A stretch of 64,000 bases of DNA. Origin: the human T2T-CHM13v2.0 reference genome, Homo sapiens. Of this stretch, positions 29,301-43,839 are shown piece by piece; position 1 is the first letter of the stretch; the number at the start of each line of letters is the position of its first letter. The stretch lies in NCBI RefSeq assembly GCF_009914755.1, contig NC_060931.1. One strand, given 5' to 3'. The translations under genes and the position numbers were made by a program. Under the pieces are notes generated by a model that was given only the letters and a program-made list of their open reading frames with translations, had not been told where the DNA came from and made no database searches.

Positions 29301-31744
29301 ATTTTAGAAAGCTTTTCAAAAGATCTTCTAGTTTACTTCTCTGGCCAGAGGCATGCAAACATTTAGCCATCTATGGCTAATTTATGTTTTCTTCAATTGT
29401 GAAGATCAAAGGTTCTTTGCTCTGTCTTGGTAGTTTTATAAAAATAAAATTCTTAAACTCAACCTAAAACAGAACCATAAAAAATTTTAATATATCGAAA
29501 ATATTTCCCTTGCTTTTAATAAAATTCCCTTTCTTCCTGGAACAAAAATCAATTTACTTTCATCCTTACCAAGAAGTCTTCATTTATCACAAGGAATTTT
29601 GGAATGCTGAGTCATATTCAGTGGTCAAATATGACAATTCATACTTTCTTCATGGATCGGTTTCTAACTTTGCTTTTCCCAAGGTAATAAGCAGACCCAC
29701 ACAATTTAGCAGTGGGATATATCCTGTTTATGTTTAAATTGCAACTGCTGTGCAAGATGGTATATTACACTTAACATATGTTAGTTGTAATTCAAAATAC
29801 ACTGGTGTCTCTGCAGAGTTGTTTTGCTGAATTTAGCTATGACACTCGCTGAGTCACTGCAGTGGGCAAGAAGAAATGCAGTCCGATAGTTCTCTGCTTC
29901 AAAAAACAGGGGAGATCTTATCCTGGTGAAGGTGGGTCAGCACACAGCATTATTTCTTCCCCACTGCATGCGGCTATACAATGTGGACAGGTTTCATAAA
30001 GCAGCTATTTGAGAACTTTGAAAAGTAAACGATAGCAGTAGATTGGTGAAGAACATCAGATTTTAAGATACTATCAAATTGGTAGTAAACTCCCCAATCC
30101 CTCTCTCTCCAATAAGCCCCAGCCTGGACTCCAGGCAGCATAAAGCCCAAAAGGGGACACCAGGAGCAGAGAGAAAGAGCTCTGGCAAAATGCTTGTGCT
30201 CCAGCTCTAAGAAAAGAAGGGACTCTGAATGCCGAAAGAAATGGAAAAGGATCTCCCTTTCTTTTTTCCCCCCTCCATTTTCTCCCACTACACTACTCAG
30301 GCCTTTTCACTATTTCTGGCAGCCGCAATGACAAAGCCTTCTGGCACCTAAAATTAGGAGGGAAGAGGGGCTTCCTCTCTAATCACAAGAGCTGTGACGC
30401 CAAGAGAGTGGCAGAAACTATCATTGCTTCTTTTTCTTTCTGTTATCATTGGTTGGCCCTGGACATGAACACAGTTACAGGCAGTATGCAGCAGAGTGAG
30501 GTAACTAAACCCTTAGCTTTCTGGCACAAGGACCAAACAAAGGAAGCCCCAAGAGACCAGAAAGTACCAGGGATGACAGCAGAAAGGAAGGAACTCAGAA
30601 AACAACTCCATAAAGATGTTCATGAACTCTTGGGTGTTTATCTCTAGGCTGTAAATACATGAATCTAGCCCTAAACACCAGACCATAGACTTTGGGAACT
30701 GAACTACAGGGTAGAACTCCACCCAGATCCCATACTGGCAACTTAGTCATGCATAAGCCAGACAGATAAGAATAGCAATGCAAAGACTTTGGTAATAAAA
30801 CTAACGTTGTAACCACAACCCTTAGAAGATTAGTCAAAACTTGTGGCCTGAACTTGAGTCAATTGCATACTGAAGCAAATAAATAAAAGATTCCACTTTA
30901 GAAAAAAATGGGAAAAAAAGAGCAAAATAAACCCAAATCAAGCAGAAGGAAGGAAATAATAAAGGGCAGGAATCAATAAAATTGCAAATTGAAAAACAAC
31001 CAAGAAAGTTAGTAAAACAAAAGCCAATTCTTCAAAAAAGCCAATAAAATGGATAGATCTCTACCAAGATTGACAAAGAAGAAAAAGATACAGGTTACTA
31101 ATATCAGGAATAAAAGAGGACTTGTACTGCAGACCTCACAGACATGAAAGAGAGAAAGAAATACAACAACTCTACATACATTAGTTAACATTTTAGATGA
31201 AATGGACCAATTCCTCAAATACTTCGAGCAACTATAAGACAACTAAAACTCATTCACGGTGAAATAGATAACCTGAGTAGTCCTACAACTCCTAAAGAGA
31301 TTGAATTTATAGCTTAAGAAAGAGGAAAAAATCTTGTGGCTCTGAGAGTTTCATTGGTAAATTCTAACAAACATATAAAGAACAAATAATACCCTAATCT
31401 TTTCCAGATATGCTGACAAAACACTTCAACAAAAATTCTACAACTAATAATCAATCTAATGGTGAAAGACAGAATGATTTCTCCCTAATATCAGAAAGAA
31501 AGCAAGAAGGGAAACTCTCATCACTCTTATTCAACATTGTACTCTAAATCCTAGCCAGGACAACAATGCAAAAGAAAGAAAAGGCATAAGGATGAGAGAG
31601 AAAGGAATAAAAGTATCCTTATTCACAGACATGCTGGACTATGTAGAAAATCCTGAGGATGCTACCAAACTCCTAGAACTAAAAAATGAATTTAGTAAGG
31701 CCAATAGGATACAAGGTCAACATATAAAACTCCACACTACTTCA

Positions 31745-32032
<288 letters not shown>

Positions 32033-32486
32033 TTAGGCACAAATCTAACAAAATAGGTATAAAATCTTTATGCAAAAAACTACCAAGAAATGATGGACAA
32101 ATAAAATAAATGAAGAGACACAGAGAATTTATGAACTGAGAGTCTCAACACAGTAAAGATATCAACATTCCCCAAGTTGATCTATAGACTCAATATAATT
32201 CCAGTCATCCAATTTCTAGTAGAATTTTTGGAGACATAGGCAAGCTGATTCTAAAAATGTGTATGGAAAGACAAAGGAACTCAAATAGCCACAACAGTGT
32301 TGACAATGAAGAATAAATTTGGAAGAATAATGCAACCAGATTTTAAGAGTTACTATAAAGGTACAATAATAGAAAGAATATGGCACTGGCAAAGGCATAA
32401 GCCATAGGTCAATGGCACAGAATAGAGTCTACACTGGATCTGTGTGTCTGTGTGTGCGTATACGTGTGTGCATGTGCGTGTGTGTG

Positions 32487-32820
32487 TATAATCAGTTCTC
32501 CATTTCTGTGGGTTCTACATCTGCAGATTCAACCAACCACAGGTTGAAAATATTCAGAAAAATAGAATGGTTTTGTCTATACCGAACATGTACAGACTAT
32601 TTATCTCATCACAATTCCCCAAACAATGCATTTAACAACTATTTACATAGCATTTGTACTGTATTGGATGTTATAAGCAATCTAGAGATGATTTAAAATA
32701 CATGAAAGTATGTACATAGGTTATATGCAAATACCCGTTTTATATGAGGGAGTTGAGCATCTAGAATCTAAGAAAAGGGACTCTGGAAAAAATCCCCTAT
32801 GGATACTAAGGGATGACTTT
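32487..32820 (+). mobile_element. MER2 (Tigger-family MITE), preceded by (TG)n at 32441-32487
   Basis: gtgggttctacatctgcagattcaaccaac...aatctagagatgatttaaa...ggatactaagggatgact. Confidence 0.8.
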
Positions 32821-35800
32821 TTGTATATCCAATTGATTTTTGGTAGAGTTGTAAAGGCAATTCAATAGGAAAAGATAATTTTTTCATAAATGGTGCCAAA
32901 TGCATTGGACATCCATATGCAAAAACATTAACCTCAAGCTAAATGGCACATCTCATAGAAAAGAACTCAAAATAGATCACAGAACTAAATGCAAAATAGA
33001 AAACCTATAAAACTTTAGGGAGAAAGCAAAGGAGAAAATATTCACCTGGAATTAGACAAAGAGTACTTTAACGTAATACCAAAACCACAACTCTATAAAG
33101 AAAAAAAAAAATCATCTGGATTCTGTCAAAAGGTTTCACTCTACAAAAGATATCACCAAGAGAATGAAAAGACAGGATATATACTGGGAGAGAATGTCTG
33201 CAAAGCACACAAAGGCCTTGGGTGCAGAATACATGATGAACTCTCAAAGTTCACAGGAAGAAAACAAACAGCCCAATTAAAAAATGATCAAAAGACTTGG
33301 ACATATGCTTCCCAAATGCTAACAGTACCAAGTGCTGATAGGGGTGTGGAGCAACTGGAATGATCATATATTGCTGGTAGAAATGCAAAATGGTGCGACC
33401 ATTCTGGAAAACAGTTTGTCAGTTTCTTACGAAGGTGAACATACACTTACCATATGACCCAGCAATCCCATTCCTACATGTTTAACCTAGAGACATAAAG
33501 CTTATTACATAAAACCTGTTCATCAATGTTTATAGGAACTCTACTCATTATTGCCCCAAACTGGAAGAATAACCCAGATATCCTTCAATGGGGGAGTGGG
33601 TAAACATGCTAAAACATCCATACAATGAAATACAGCTGGGCAATAAAAAGGAACAAATAAATGATACATGCAGCAACTTGGATAAATCTTAAAGGTGTAG
33701 TGTTCAGTCAAAGAAGCCATCTACAATGGACTACACATTGTATACTTCCATTTATATAGCATTCCTGAAAACACAAAACTATAATGATTAGTGGTTGCCA
33801 GAGGTTGGGAGATGGGAGGGTTTGACTACAGTGGAATACATCATGAGGCAGCTCTTTTGGGGTGACTGACTGATCTATATCCTGACTATGGTGGTGGTTA
33901 TATGAATCTCTATATGTCTTAAACTTTATGGAACTGTACACCAGAAAAGTCCGTTTTACAGTATGTTAACTTTAAATATTAAAAATAAAAGCAAATATAA
34001 TAAACATTCAATACAAAGTCGTTCATATGGAAGAACAACCAGAACCTCTACTTGGATGCTTGTCACATGGCTTCGTAATTCTGTCATAGGCAACACAACT
34101 GAAACCTTAATGTTCTTGTCTCTGCTTCTCCAATATCCCACAGAGCATTGAGTAACTGAAGTAAACACTCAATAATGTTTGTTTAAAGATGAAAGCAATG
34201 AATAAATTAGGTGTAAATGGAACACATTATTTCATTTTGATGGGGGAAGAGCAGGAGGGAAACAGAACCTAATGAGAGGTAGCTACTAAAGGCTAAGAGA
34301 GTTCTAGAAAGACACATTTTGCAGTTTTATACTTTTTTGGCATTAGCTGAATAGGAGTTGGCAATTACAGCATTTACCATGACTAGTCATGATTTATGAA
34401 ATGTAGTGTGTACATGTGTCTTCCAATGAGGACTTTACTTCATTATGAAGCCAATCAATTATAAAGAATTTATTAATTCATTAACTTGCACTATACAAGA
34501 TTTATGGAGAAATATTCTATTTGCTTTGTTTTGTCCTATTGGATGAGACCAGTAAATACCATTGATTAAAATTCATCAATTCATATGTTGTCATATATGG
34601 TCAAAACATAAAATTTCATGATTTTTCTTTGAATAAACTGGAAATTTTGCACATACACAGACATTAGTAGTATGTTGCAATTCCTAATAATTCATACATT
34701 GCATTGTTACCACCATGTACTCCATTCCTGGAGAAAAAGTCTTCTGAAAGCTAGAGAGAAAAAAAAAGATCACTTCAAGCTTCTTGAAGGAAGCAACAAT
34801 TGCTTCAAGAGCAGCATAAAGAGAGGGTTCACCCAAAGAAAAGACCATCTGTAAAAAAGAGTTGTTCTGAGCAGAGAGTGGCTGATTAGATAGCAACCCC
34901 CTTCCCCTCCCCGCCAAAAATATATAAAATCTCACTTAACGATACTGGGGCTCCTAACTTCTACAGGACCAAAGCAATGTTACCATGGTTTTTTCAACAT
35001 TGCTGAAATTAGCAAACACTAGTGTGTGAGTAAATCAAGGCTATCCGCACTGCCATAACATAAAAAGACAAAATGCACATGTTGTGCTTAAACTTTTCTC
35101 CACATTCCTTGCTGTATTCCATATAGTTTTATTAACTGATTTTTAAAATAATATCCTGATTTAATGTTTATTATGTAAATGTTTTATCTATAGGTAGAAA
35201 ATCTATGACATGTAATATTCAATATATATCATATGTAGATATAAAATATTTTCAAATTAACATTCAAGTTTTAAGGTAACCACAACTTAGAGCCTGCTGC
35301 ACCCTACAGAAACAAGTATGGACAATTTACTTTACTGTATGTAGCACGCACACTCATGGAATAAGAGATAAACAGTCCAATTTAAGATACACAACTAAAG
35401 TGTAAATACAACCAACTTAACCCATAATAGAAACAAGATGACTATCATATGCATTTCTGCTGTTAACATTCTCAATTCTTTGATCACAATCAACGGAGCC
35501 ACTAAAAATAATGATCACATGCAGCCACTCCTTAAACTCAAATTTATTGAACTGGCCTATATAGAATATAGAATTTTACTCCAGCCACAACATTCAGTTT
35601 GGCAATTGAATGTCATTTTCCTATTGATTCTTTGACTGCTCAAGTGTAAGCTTCAGGAAGGTAGTGCTCTGTCATGCTTACCACTAGACACAGAGCATAA
35701 AATACTGTCTGGCACAGAGCAAGTGCAAAATAAAGGTTTTTGAATAAATACATATTTTAAATAATAAGTAAATTAGTATCCATAAGATGAGAGTTGAAAG

Positions 35801-36221
35801 TAGATTATATAACTGAACTTTAGGAATTGCTTTGTCATACATATCACCAGATGTTAGATATTGTGCAATTCTATTTAGACATGTATTCTTTTATGCACTC
35901 ATTCCACCAAGAAAACCAATCAATCATTGTTTGGCTTCAGAATACTTCATATTAAAATCTGTGAACATGGCTGGGAACACAAGATTCATATTAAGATATT
36001 GCCAATCATCTCAAATAGCCTAAGTCTACTGTGTAAAATACACAGACACAGAGTTAATGTAATTAACACCAAATTAAACCTTGAGAACTGCAACAGATAC
36101 ATGAATGATAAACTCCAGTGAGGGTGTAATTAACTCTGACAGCAAGAATCAAAGAAGAATTCTTTGGAAAGGTAATCATTCAAGTGGGCCTTGAGAAATA
36201 TACAGGATCCTGACAGACGAA

Positions 36222-36470
36222 AGGCAGCAGACTATGAATTGTTAAAAACATGAACTTTGAAGCCAGACTGCCTGAGTCTGAATCCCACTCTATGATTTAT
36301 TAACTGTGTGACCTTGGGCAAGTTACTTAACCTCTCTGTCTATCAGATTCCTCATGCATAGAAGGGAGATAATTATACCACATATGGCCAAAGGTTGTTG
36401 GGAGAGCAAATTAATTAATATGTAAAGTATCTGTAACAGTCCCTGAAACATAATAAATGCTAGGTAAGCA
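36222..36470 (+). mobile_element. MIR SINE
   Basis: agccagactgcctgagtctgaatccc...ctgtgtgaccttgggcaagttacttaacctctctg. Confidence 0.88.
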
Positions 36471-37112
36471 TATGTGATATGGAGAAAACAAAGGACAAAG
36501 CAGAGTACACAGCACAAAATAATTCTGAGCTGAAATGCTAAAAAACATATTTTTTTGTTCTCACTAGAAAAAAATAATACCCTGGACTACATTAAGCAAA
36601 AACTCCTAAATATACATAAAAATGCATTTTGCTAACTCAGTGACAGTTTGGGGTCATTGAACTTTTACTGTAACTATGGATCTTCCAAAACAGAAACACA
36701 CACACACACTCAAAACTCCACGCATAATCTTAAGGTTTCATCCAGAAATTGAGGGCTGCAGGCACTTCCTCGAGCTTATCTCTGAGCCGTAAGTAATGAC
36801 ATAGTCTAACGGTATTATGCACTTCCCATAAAAACCAATGCTTAGCATGGAATTCTATACAACCCCAGGCAACCATGGACCCTAAAGTATCTCATCCAAA
36901 AATTGAACTGTTAACTTAGAGGATGGAAGCACATAGAACATGAAAAACTTCACAGCTCCATTTCAAATCAAAGAGGGCAACAGAAAGCAATTCTGGTGAG
37001 GTGGCTTCCTTATCTGACGAACAGACCTGTGAAGGCAAGGGACACAGGTAGTCCAACCCTGAGGAGACGAGGCTGGGGAGAAAATGTAGAAACAGAATGG
37101 CACTGTACTCAC

Positions 37113-37175
37113 ATGGTGAAGGAGCCGGGGGGAGCAGACACTCGCCGCAGGTCCGCAGTTTGCACCTGATGAATA
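37113..37175 (-). CDS. DGKI: DGKI alternative cassette exon (63 nt, phase 2-2): (D)IHQVQTADLRRVSAPPGSFT(I)
   Basis: ctgctgcctctag|TATTCATCAG...TTCACCAT|gtgagt. It is a multiple of 3 and open in the DGKI frame, and the flanking exons also join in frame without it. It resembles an insert I recall from rodent DGK iota. Confidence 0.85.
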
Positions 37176-39519
37176 CTAGAGGCAGCAGGGAATGAGCAGC
37201 GAAGACAGAGTCAGCGACAGCGTGGACAGACAAGGAACAAGCCAGGGGAGAGAAAGAGAGACACACAAAATTTAAACAGAAATTAAATGAGCGCATCACC
37301 GAACAGCGAAGGAAAGGAAAAGGAAAACCAAGCCAGCCACGGAAATAATCCAAAAAAAGCCGGTGATAGCAACGAAGCCAACAGGACACACGGAAGGCGC
37401 TGGTTCTAGGCAAGTCACAGACCGGAGCGGGGCCAGGCTGGGATCGATGCTGGACGGCAGGTCGGGGGGTGTAGGGGGATGACCATGGCCTCCCTTGCTC
37501 AGGCCCATCAGGACACCCAAGGAGAGAAGGCACACACTTACATATTGAGTGGTAGGCTGGCATGGTAAACTCATCTTTGAAAAGATTCAAGGTCAATTTA
37601 ACCCTTTCATCACACAGCCATCAGGTTTCCCCAGGCTTTATAGGAACACTCACCAAAAGACAATCATCTTAAAAAGAGTGTCTCAACCAAAACTTCAACT
37701 TCCTTCAGTTAAACAACAAAGGCTTTTTAAAAACTCCAAAGGTAATACCAAGAAAGTCTAATTGTATCACTGTATTGCTATCATTCCACCCACATTCTGG
37801 GTAGAAAAATGAAACCACAGATTTCTCCCTTTTCTCCCTTCTTTTATATTGGAGTCTACAGCAGCTGCTAGAAAAGACAAAATGTAGAATTTAAGAAACT
37901 AAACCCAAAATGTTTTGTTGACTTTACATAATTATTCTCTCCACTCTCTTATTTAAAGAGTTTCATTATAACTACATTAGACCTAGTTCCACGGATCTCT
38001 CTGTTCTGCAGCATACATAACTTCTCATGCAAAGTCACCCATGAGGTAACTCCAGCCCAAGACTCTCTCTGTCTGTGTTATCCTCCAAGTACTATCGTTT
38101 CCAAACAATAATAGTTCTCAGCAGCCTAGGATGATGGAATTCGATTGCTCAATTCAAAGTTTGCTGACTAGAAACCTGGTCATTGGATGAAACGATCATC
38201 TTTAATAATGTAGCCTTAATTACTAGTGAACTAAGGATAATATTATCTATTTATTAATAGTTCACTGAAGATCTCCCAAAACACCTGGGTAATTTTGTTT
38301 CTATTCTCCTTCAATGGCACATTTCAAATAAAGAACATAATCCAGCATATTGGCTATCAGGTAACTAGCATATGAATATGAACCTAGATAAATCTGCTTA
38401 TTACTTTTTGTGGGGAAGGTATTTACTGTAGTTCATACTCTGTGTAGATTCCTATGCTATGATAAATGACATATGCTCCCATATATATAAGGAGCTTCTG
38501 AACACAGTGGGACCTAGCTTTTTAGTTTGTGTATAATAATAGCAAATGGGATTATAAGCCAAGAAATATTTTTTAGAAAACATTAATTTTTCCTTTTGCA
38601 TAAATGAAGATCTAGTGGCATCATGAAGCCCTATTAGTTAACTATTTCTCATGGAAATTCCTTCTGTCCATGTGGACCATAGCTTGAAATTATTAAATAT
38701 GTATCTTTCACTTATAAGACAATGTGACCAAAACACATTTGATATTAGTTTTATATTCACAAAATTTTAGATTTATGTTATCTTAGAAAGCAATTTCTGA
38801 GAAACACAGCAGAGACAGCATTATAGAATGGATTCATGTGTGAGTCGCTGATGCAAGATGTGACTGTCTCAGGAGCTATGACAGACACTGAGGATCCTAA
38901 GAGGAAAATCCTAGGGCCTCCCCACAGAGCAGAGAAGGGAGGAGTGAATCAATGATTACACTATTTTTAGTAAGTGGTGTAATGGAAATAACCAAGAGCA
39001 CCACTGAAACACGTAAAGGTACATCTAACAGCTAGAAGTAGACAGAAAAGGCTTATTAGGAATAGTAGCATTTCAATGGGGTCCTAAGCTGTGAGCGAGG
39101 AGTTAGCAGAAGATAAAGAGGTGCAGAGGGCACTGCAAGAAGAGGACCAGAGAGCAAAACCAGGATGATGTAGGAGACAGGCTACTGTTCCAGGAACAGC
39201 AATCTTCCCTGGAACAAAGAGCAAAGAGAATGAAGAAGGGAGTGATCAAAAAGGTCTGCAAAGCTAAGGAACACAGGCTTGGGATTCTTATATCAATCTA
39301 ACGGGTATATCAGAAGAGACAGATTATGTGAAGGCAGCAAGGGCAGGAACAGAAAATAGTCAGAAGCATATTTTAGTAATGCTGCTGAGAGGTAGCTCAC
39401 GTGACTTTTGAACTCTGGCTGCTTTACTGGTAGAGAAGATAGAGGAGATGAGAGTCAAAGACTTGGGAAATAAACAGAAGATAGAGTTCAAAGAATGTAG
39501 TAGCTACCCTGATGGATGC

Positions 39520-40256
<737 letters not shown>

Positions 40257-41351
40257 GGTGTATAGAAGTAGAAGCGACTGAGGGAACCCCAGAGGCCAGG
40301 AACAGGACAAATGAATGGATGGTAGTTTCATGTGTACAGCTGTGAAGGGAATAGGCTCACTGGATGGTGGGGTAGAAAAGTCAAGGAAATAAAGTTAATG
40401 AGTCCAGTTTCTAGCATGTAGTTTGAGGTTACTATGAGACATTAAGGTAAAAATGTCAACTAAGATATTTGGGTATGAGTCTTCAATTTTTAGAAGAAAA
40501 TTCTGGGCTGAAGACACAGATCAGAGATACAGTCTCCCAGAGAAAGGGCAGAACCACAAGGAGCACTGGCATCTAAGTGGAAAGGGAACTGTTGTTACGG
40601 GAGCCACAGCACTTACGTCTCGAATATCCAATTAACATGCTGTGTGAAAGAAGCCTAATTTTTAAAGATGAATTAAACAACCACCTTCTTCTTACTGGGA
40701 ACACACACACACACACAGAGGTTTTTAAGCTAAAAATGCTAAAGATATTTTCGACTAGTTCTCCTCAAGTAAAGGAAAAAAGAAGACAGGCAAAGACAGG
40801 AAGGCAGGAAATAAAGAAAATGTCTTTCAAGTTTCTCTTTCTTCATTGTTTCAAATGGTGCACTTCACACAATTGATGGTCAAAGCAGACAAAGGCTTGA
40901 AGGACTCAGAAGGTGGAAGAACACTTATAGAACAGTCTTGAAGGAAAGGCTGACCTTGAACTTGAAACTCCACTTGGAAATCTAGTGGAAGACCTTAGAT
41001 TTCAAAACAAGGTTTTCTGGTAAAATTGAAAGAAATATTTAATCATAGGTTAGAAGGTAAATAAGATCAGAATGAGAGCAATTAAGGTTTAGTAAGCAAA
41101 CATTACATGATGACTAGGTTTTTTTGCTTTCTTTTGAAAATGTGCTATCCGTATTGATTTTCTCAAAATATAGTGTTGAATGATAATTTTTCACAAGTAC
41201 TAATAAAGATTTTTGTTATCTTTAAGTCTTATAAATATTCATTAATAAAATGAAAATTATACTATTATTCCCATTTCTCATAAGTCTTTCAGAGGGCATG
41301 GGGTGGCTTGGATGCAGGCATCACTGCCTCTGGTAGAAAGTAAGTAACAGT

Positions 41352-41688
41352 TTTGGGGTGTGTTGTTGTTGTTGTTTGAGTTTTTTTTTTTTTTTTCAGA
41401 CAGAGTCTCGCTCTGTTGCCCAGGCTGGAGTGCAGTGGTGTGATCTCGGCTCCATGAAACCTCTGCCTTGTGGTCCTAGAGATTCTTATGAGTAGCTGGG
41501 ATTACAGCCTCCTGAGTAGCTGGGATTACAGGCGCATGCCACCACACCTGTCTAATTTTTGTATTTATAGCAGAGAAGGGGTTTTGCCGTGTTGACCAGG
41601 CTGGTCTTGAACTCCTGGTCTCAAGTGATCTGGCCATCTTGGCCTCCCAAAGTGCTGGGATTACAGGTGTGAGCCACCGTACCCAGCC
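41352..41688 (-). mobile_element. AluS with an internal rearrangement
   Basis: Dimer with a T/GTT tail and an agtaacagt TSD. tgagtagctgggattacag is duplicated. Confidence 0.93.
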
Positions 41689-43581
41689 AGTAACAGTATT
41701 TTTAAGTTGAGGCTGCTTCTTGAACACCTGCAAAGCTAAGTGCTACAAAAAATGCCATCATATATCATGTGTGCCTTGAGTACAAAAAGAAAAAAATTCT
41801 TTTTATGTGCTTCTATAGATGCAGAAAGTCAAATGAACTCTTAACAATATGGTTGCTGAGCAAATACGAATTCTCAACACAAAGGTAAAAGCTGTTTAAA
41901 ACTAAATACCTGAAAACCATTTCATGTCTGATAAGGTTATTAAATACAGAAGCAGCAGGTCTAAGACTGTGAGTTCTCTGCCTATATATAGTAAAAACTT
42001 TTAGATTCTGCATATCTTCTTAACTATCTACAAGTGACCCAACAACATAGGCTATAGCACAGTTTCAGAGATGGTTTTTCACTTAGTAGTTCATAGATTT
42101 CCAGCAAACCCTTGGTCCATTTAACTCTAACATTTCTAGGGGGAATTGGATGAACCATATACAACCACTGGCATGCCACATTTTTTAACATATAACCTCA
42201 GCAATTGTGTATTTAACCTGATAGAAGGTAAAGGCAGGGAGGGCAGCAGGCACGGAGGACAGGAGGAATGAGCGAGGAGTTTCACTAAATGCAAAATGTA
42301 AACAAAGAAAGACATGTAACTAAAAAACACCTCTGGAAAATGATCTAGGAAAAATTCTGGGGGAAGTCCAGATTCTGGGAGAGAAGGAAGGAGAGGACAG
42401 ACAGGATTTTTTACCCCAGCTTCAAACTGAGACCCAGATGCCAAAAGCTGGAACACTCTGAGAGCACTGTCTAATCCTGTTCCTCAACCAACATGTGCCA
42501 CCACAGAGAGAGAGCAGTAAGTGTTGGTAGTGAATGAGGGCACCTGTGTTGCTGGCTATTGTAAGGACTTCTGCATACCGTTATATTGACTCAATAAATG
42601 CATGGCAAAGCACGCCCTTGCTTTACAGGCACCACAAGGAAGCCAGCCACTCAGTGCAAATAGGTAACCATGCATTACAGGCCACAAACGGGAGGAGCAC
42701 CTTTGAGAGTCCCTCACTGTGATAGAGAATGACAAAAGGCTAAGTCCTGAAATGGCCTTAAGCACATAGCATGATATAGAGGAAATACTCAAAAGATGCC
42801 AAAAATTATGTTCATTTTCCGTCCCCTTCTCCAACCCCACAGACACTTAATCACTAGTTGGAGTGAGACACACTATAAGATGAATATGAATTCTAAATAT
42901 CTAGCCAATATTACCTTACCTCAAGTCAGTTTATTAAAATGCCTAAGAAAGGAAAACTCCAGGTGGGATACCATGTGTTCAGGGGTAGAAAGAGTGGGTC
43001 AGGCTATGTCTGGACAATAGGATGCTGCCCAGAAAGCCAACACTGAGTTGAAGCCCCAGAGTATGGAGGACCCCAAAATGGGAACATCAGGAAGGGAACA
43101 ATTCACTGGCAGGCAGAAAGAGATGCAATGTGGATAGAGGCAAGCCACTGACCAGCTCTGCCAACCACCCGTGACTGGAGAAACCAACACTCTCCAAGCG
43201 ACCTGGGTAAAGAGCAGGCTAACTATGTGCTTCCCTAAAACAAAACAAACAAAAACGCATTTACCTGAACACGGTTTACCATCCTAGAATCCCTCTCAAT
43301 GATTTTCTGCTAGTCCCAGTAAATATATTCTCAAGTGGTCAGTGAAGAAGAATCATCTATCTCATGTACAGTAATAACTACTAAAAGAAGGGCATGGAAC
43401 TGTATAATAAACAAGGAGAAAAAAACTCTATGTGTTCCTATGAGAGAAACCAAGGAACTACTGAGTCTCCTGGACTTTTTTCCTCTTCCCAACACAGTGA
43501 GGTCCCCAGACCATGCACATGCTCTGCACTCTCCTCTCCAAGGTCTTCATGTTAAGCAAGGTAGGCCATGAGCAGACTCAC

Positions 43582-43781
43582 TCATTGAGTAAAGGCATGG
43601 ATGTTCTCCTCTTGCTCTTCTGTACCATGTTGGCCTGATTCCTCAGGGAGATCCGAATCATAGCTGGGGCCAACCTACAGGGCTCCCCATCCACTTGCAT
43701 GGGGATGGATTTGTAAGTTAGAAGCATGACTTCTCGACACTGGTGTAGCCTCTCTCCATGGCCCCCAACTTGCAGGGCTGC
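43582..43781 (-). CDS. DGKI: DGKI coding exon (200 nt): [66 protein letters not shown](D)
   Basis: tttttatag|GCAGCC...AATGA|gtgagt, 66 codons plus GA. Contains the conserved [11 protein letters not shown] motif. A branch-point-like ACTAAC lies at + 43814-43819. Confidence 0.98.
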
Positions 43782-43839
43782 CTATAAAAACAAGAGTCAA
43801 AGGGGAGCAAGGAGTTAGTTATTATTTAAGAAAGCTGGA

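Noticed and set aside
36916-37596. Longest ORF in the track (226 aa, minus strand)
   Set aside because: It starts at TTG and crosses the 63-nt exon in a non-DGKI frame. Its length is explained by the A-poor, AG-free composition of the splice-regulatory region.
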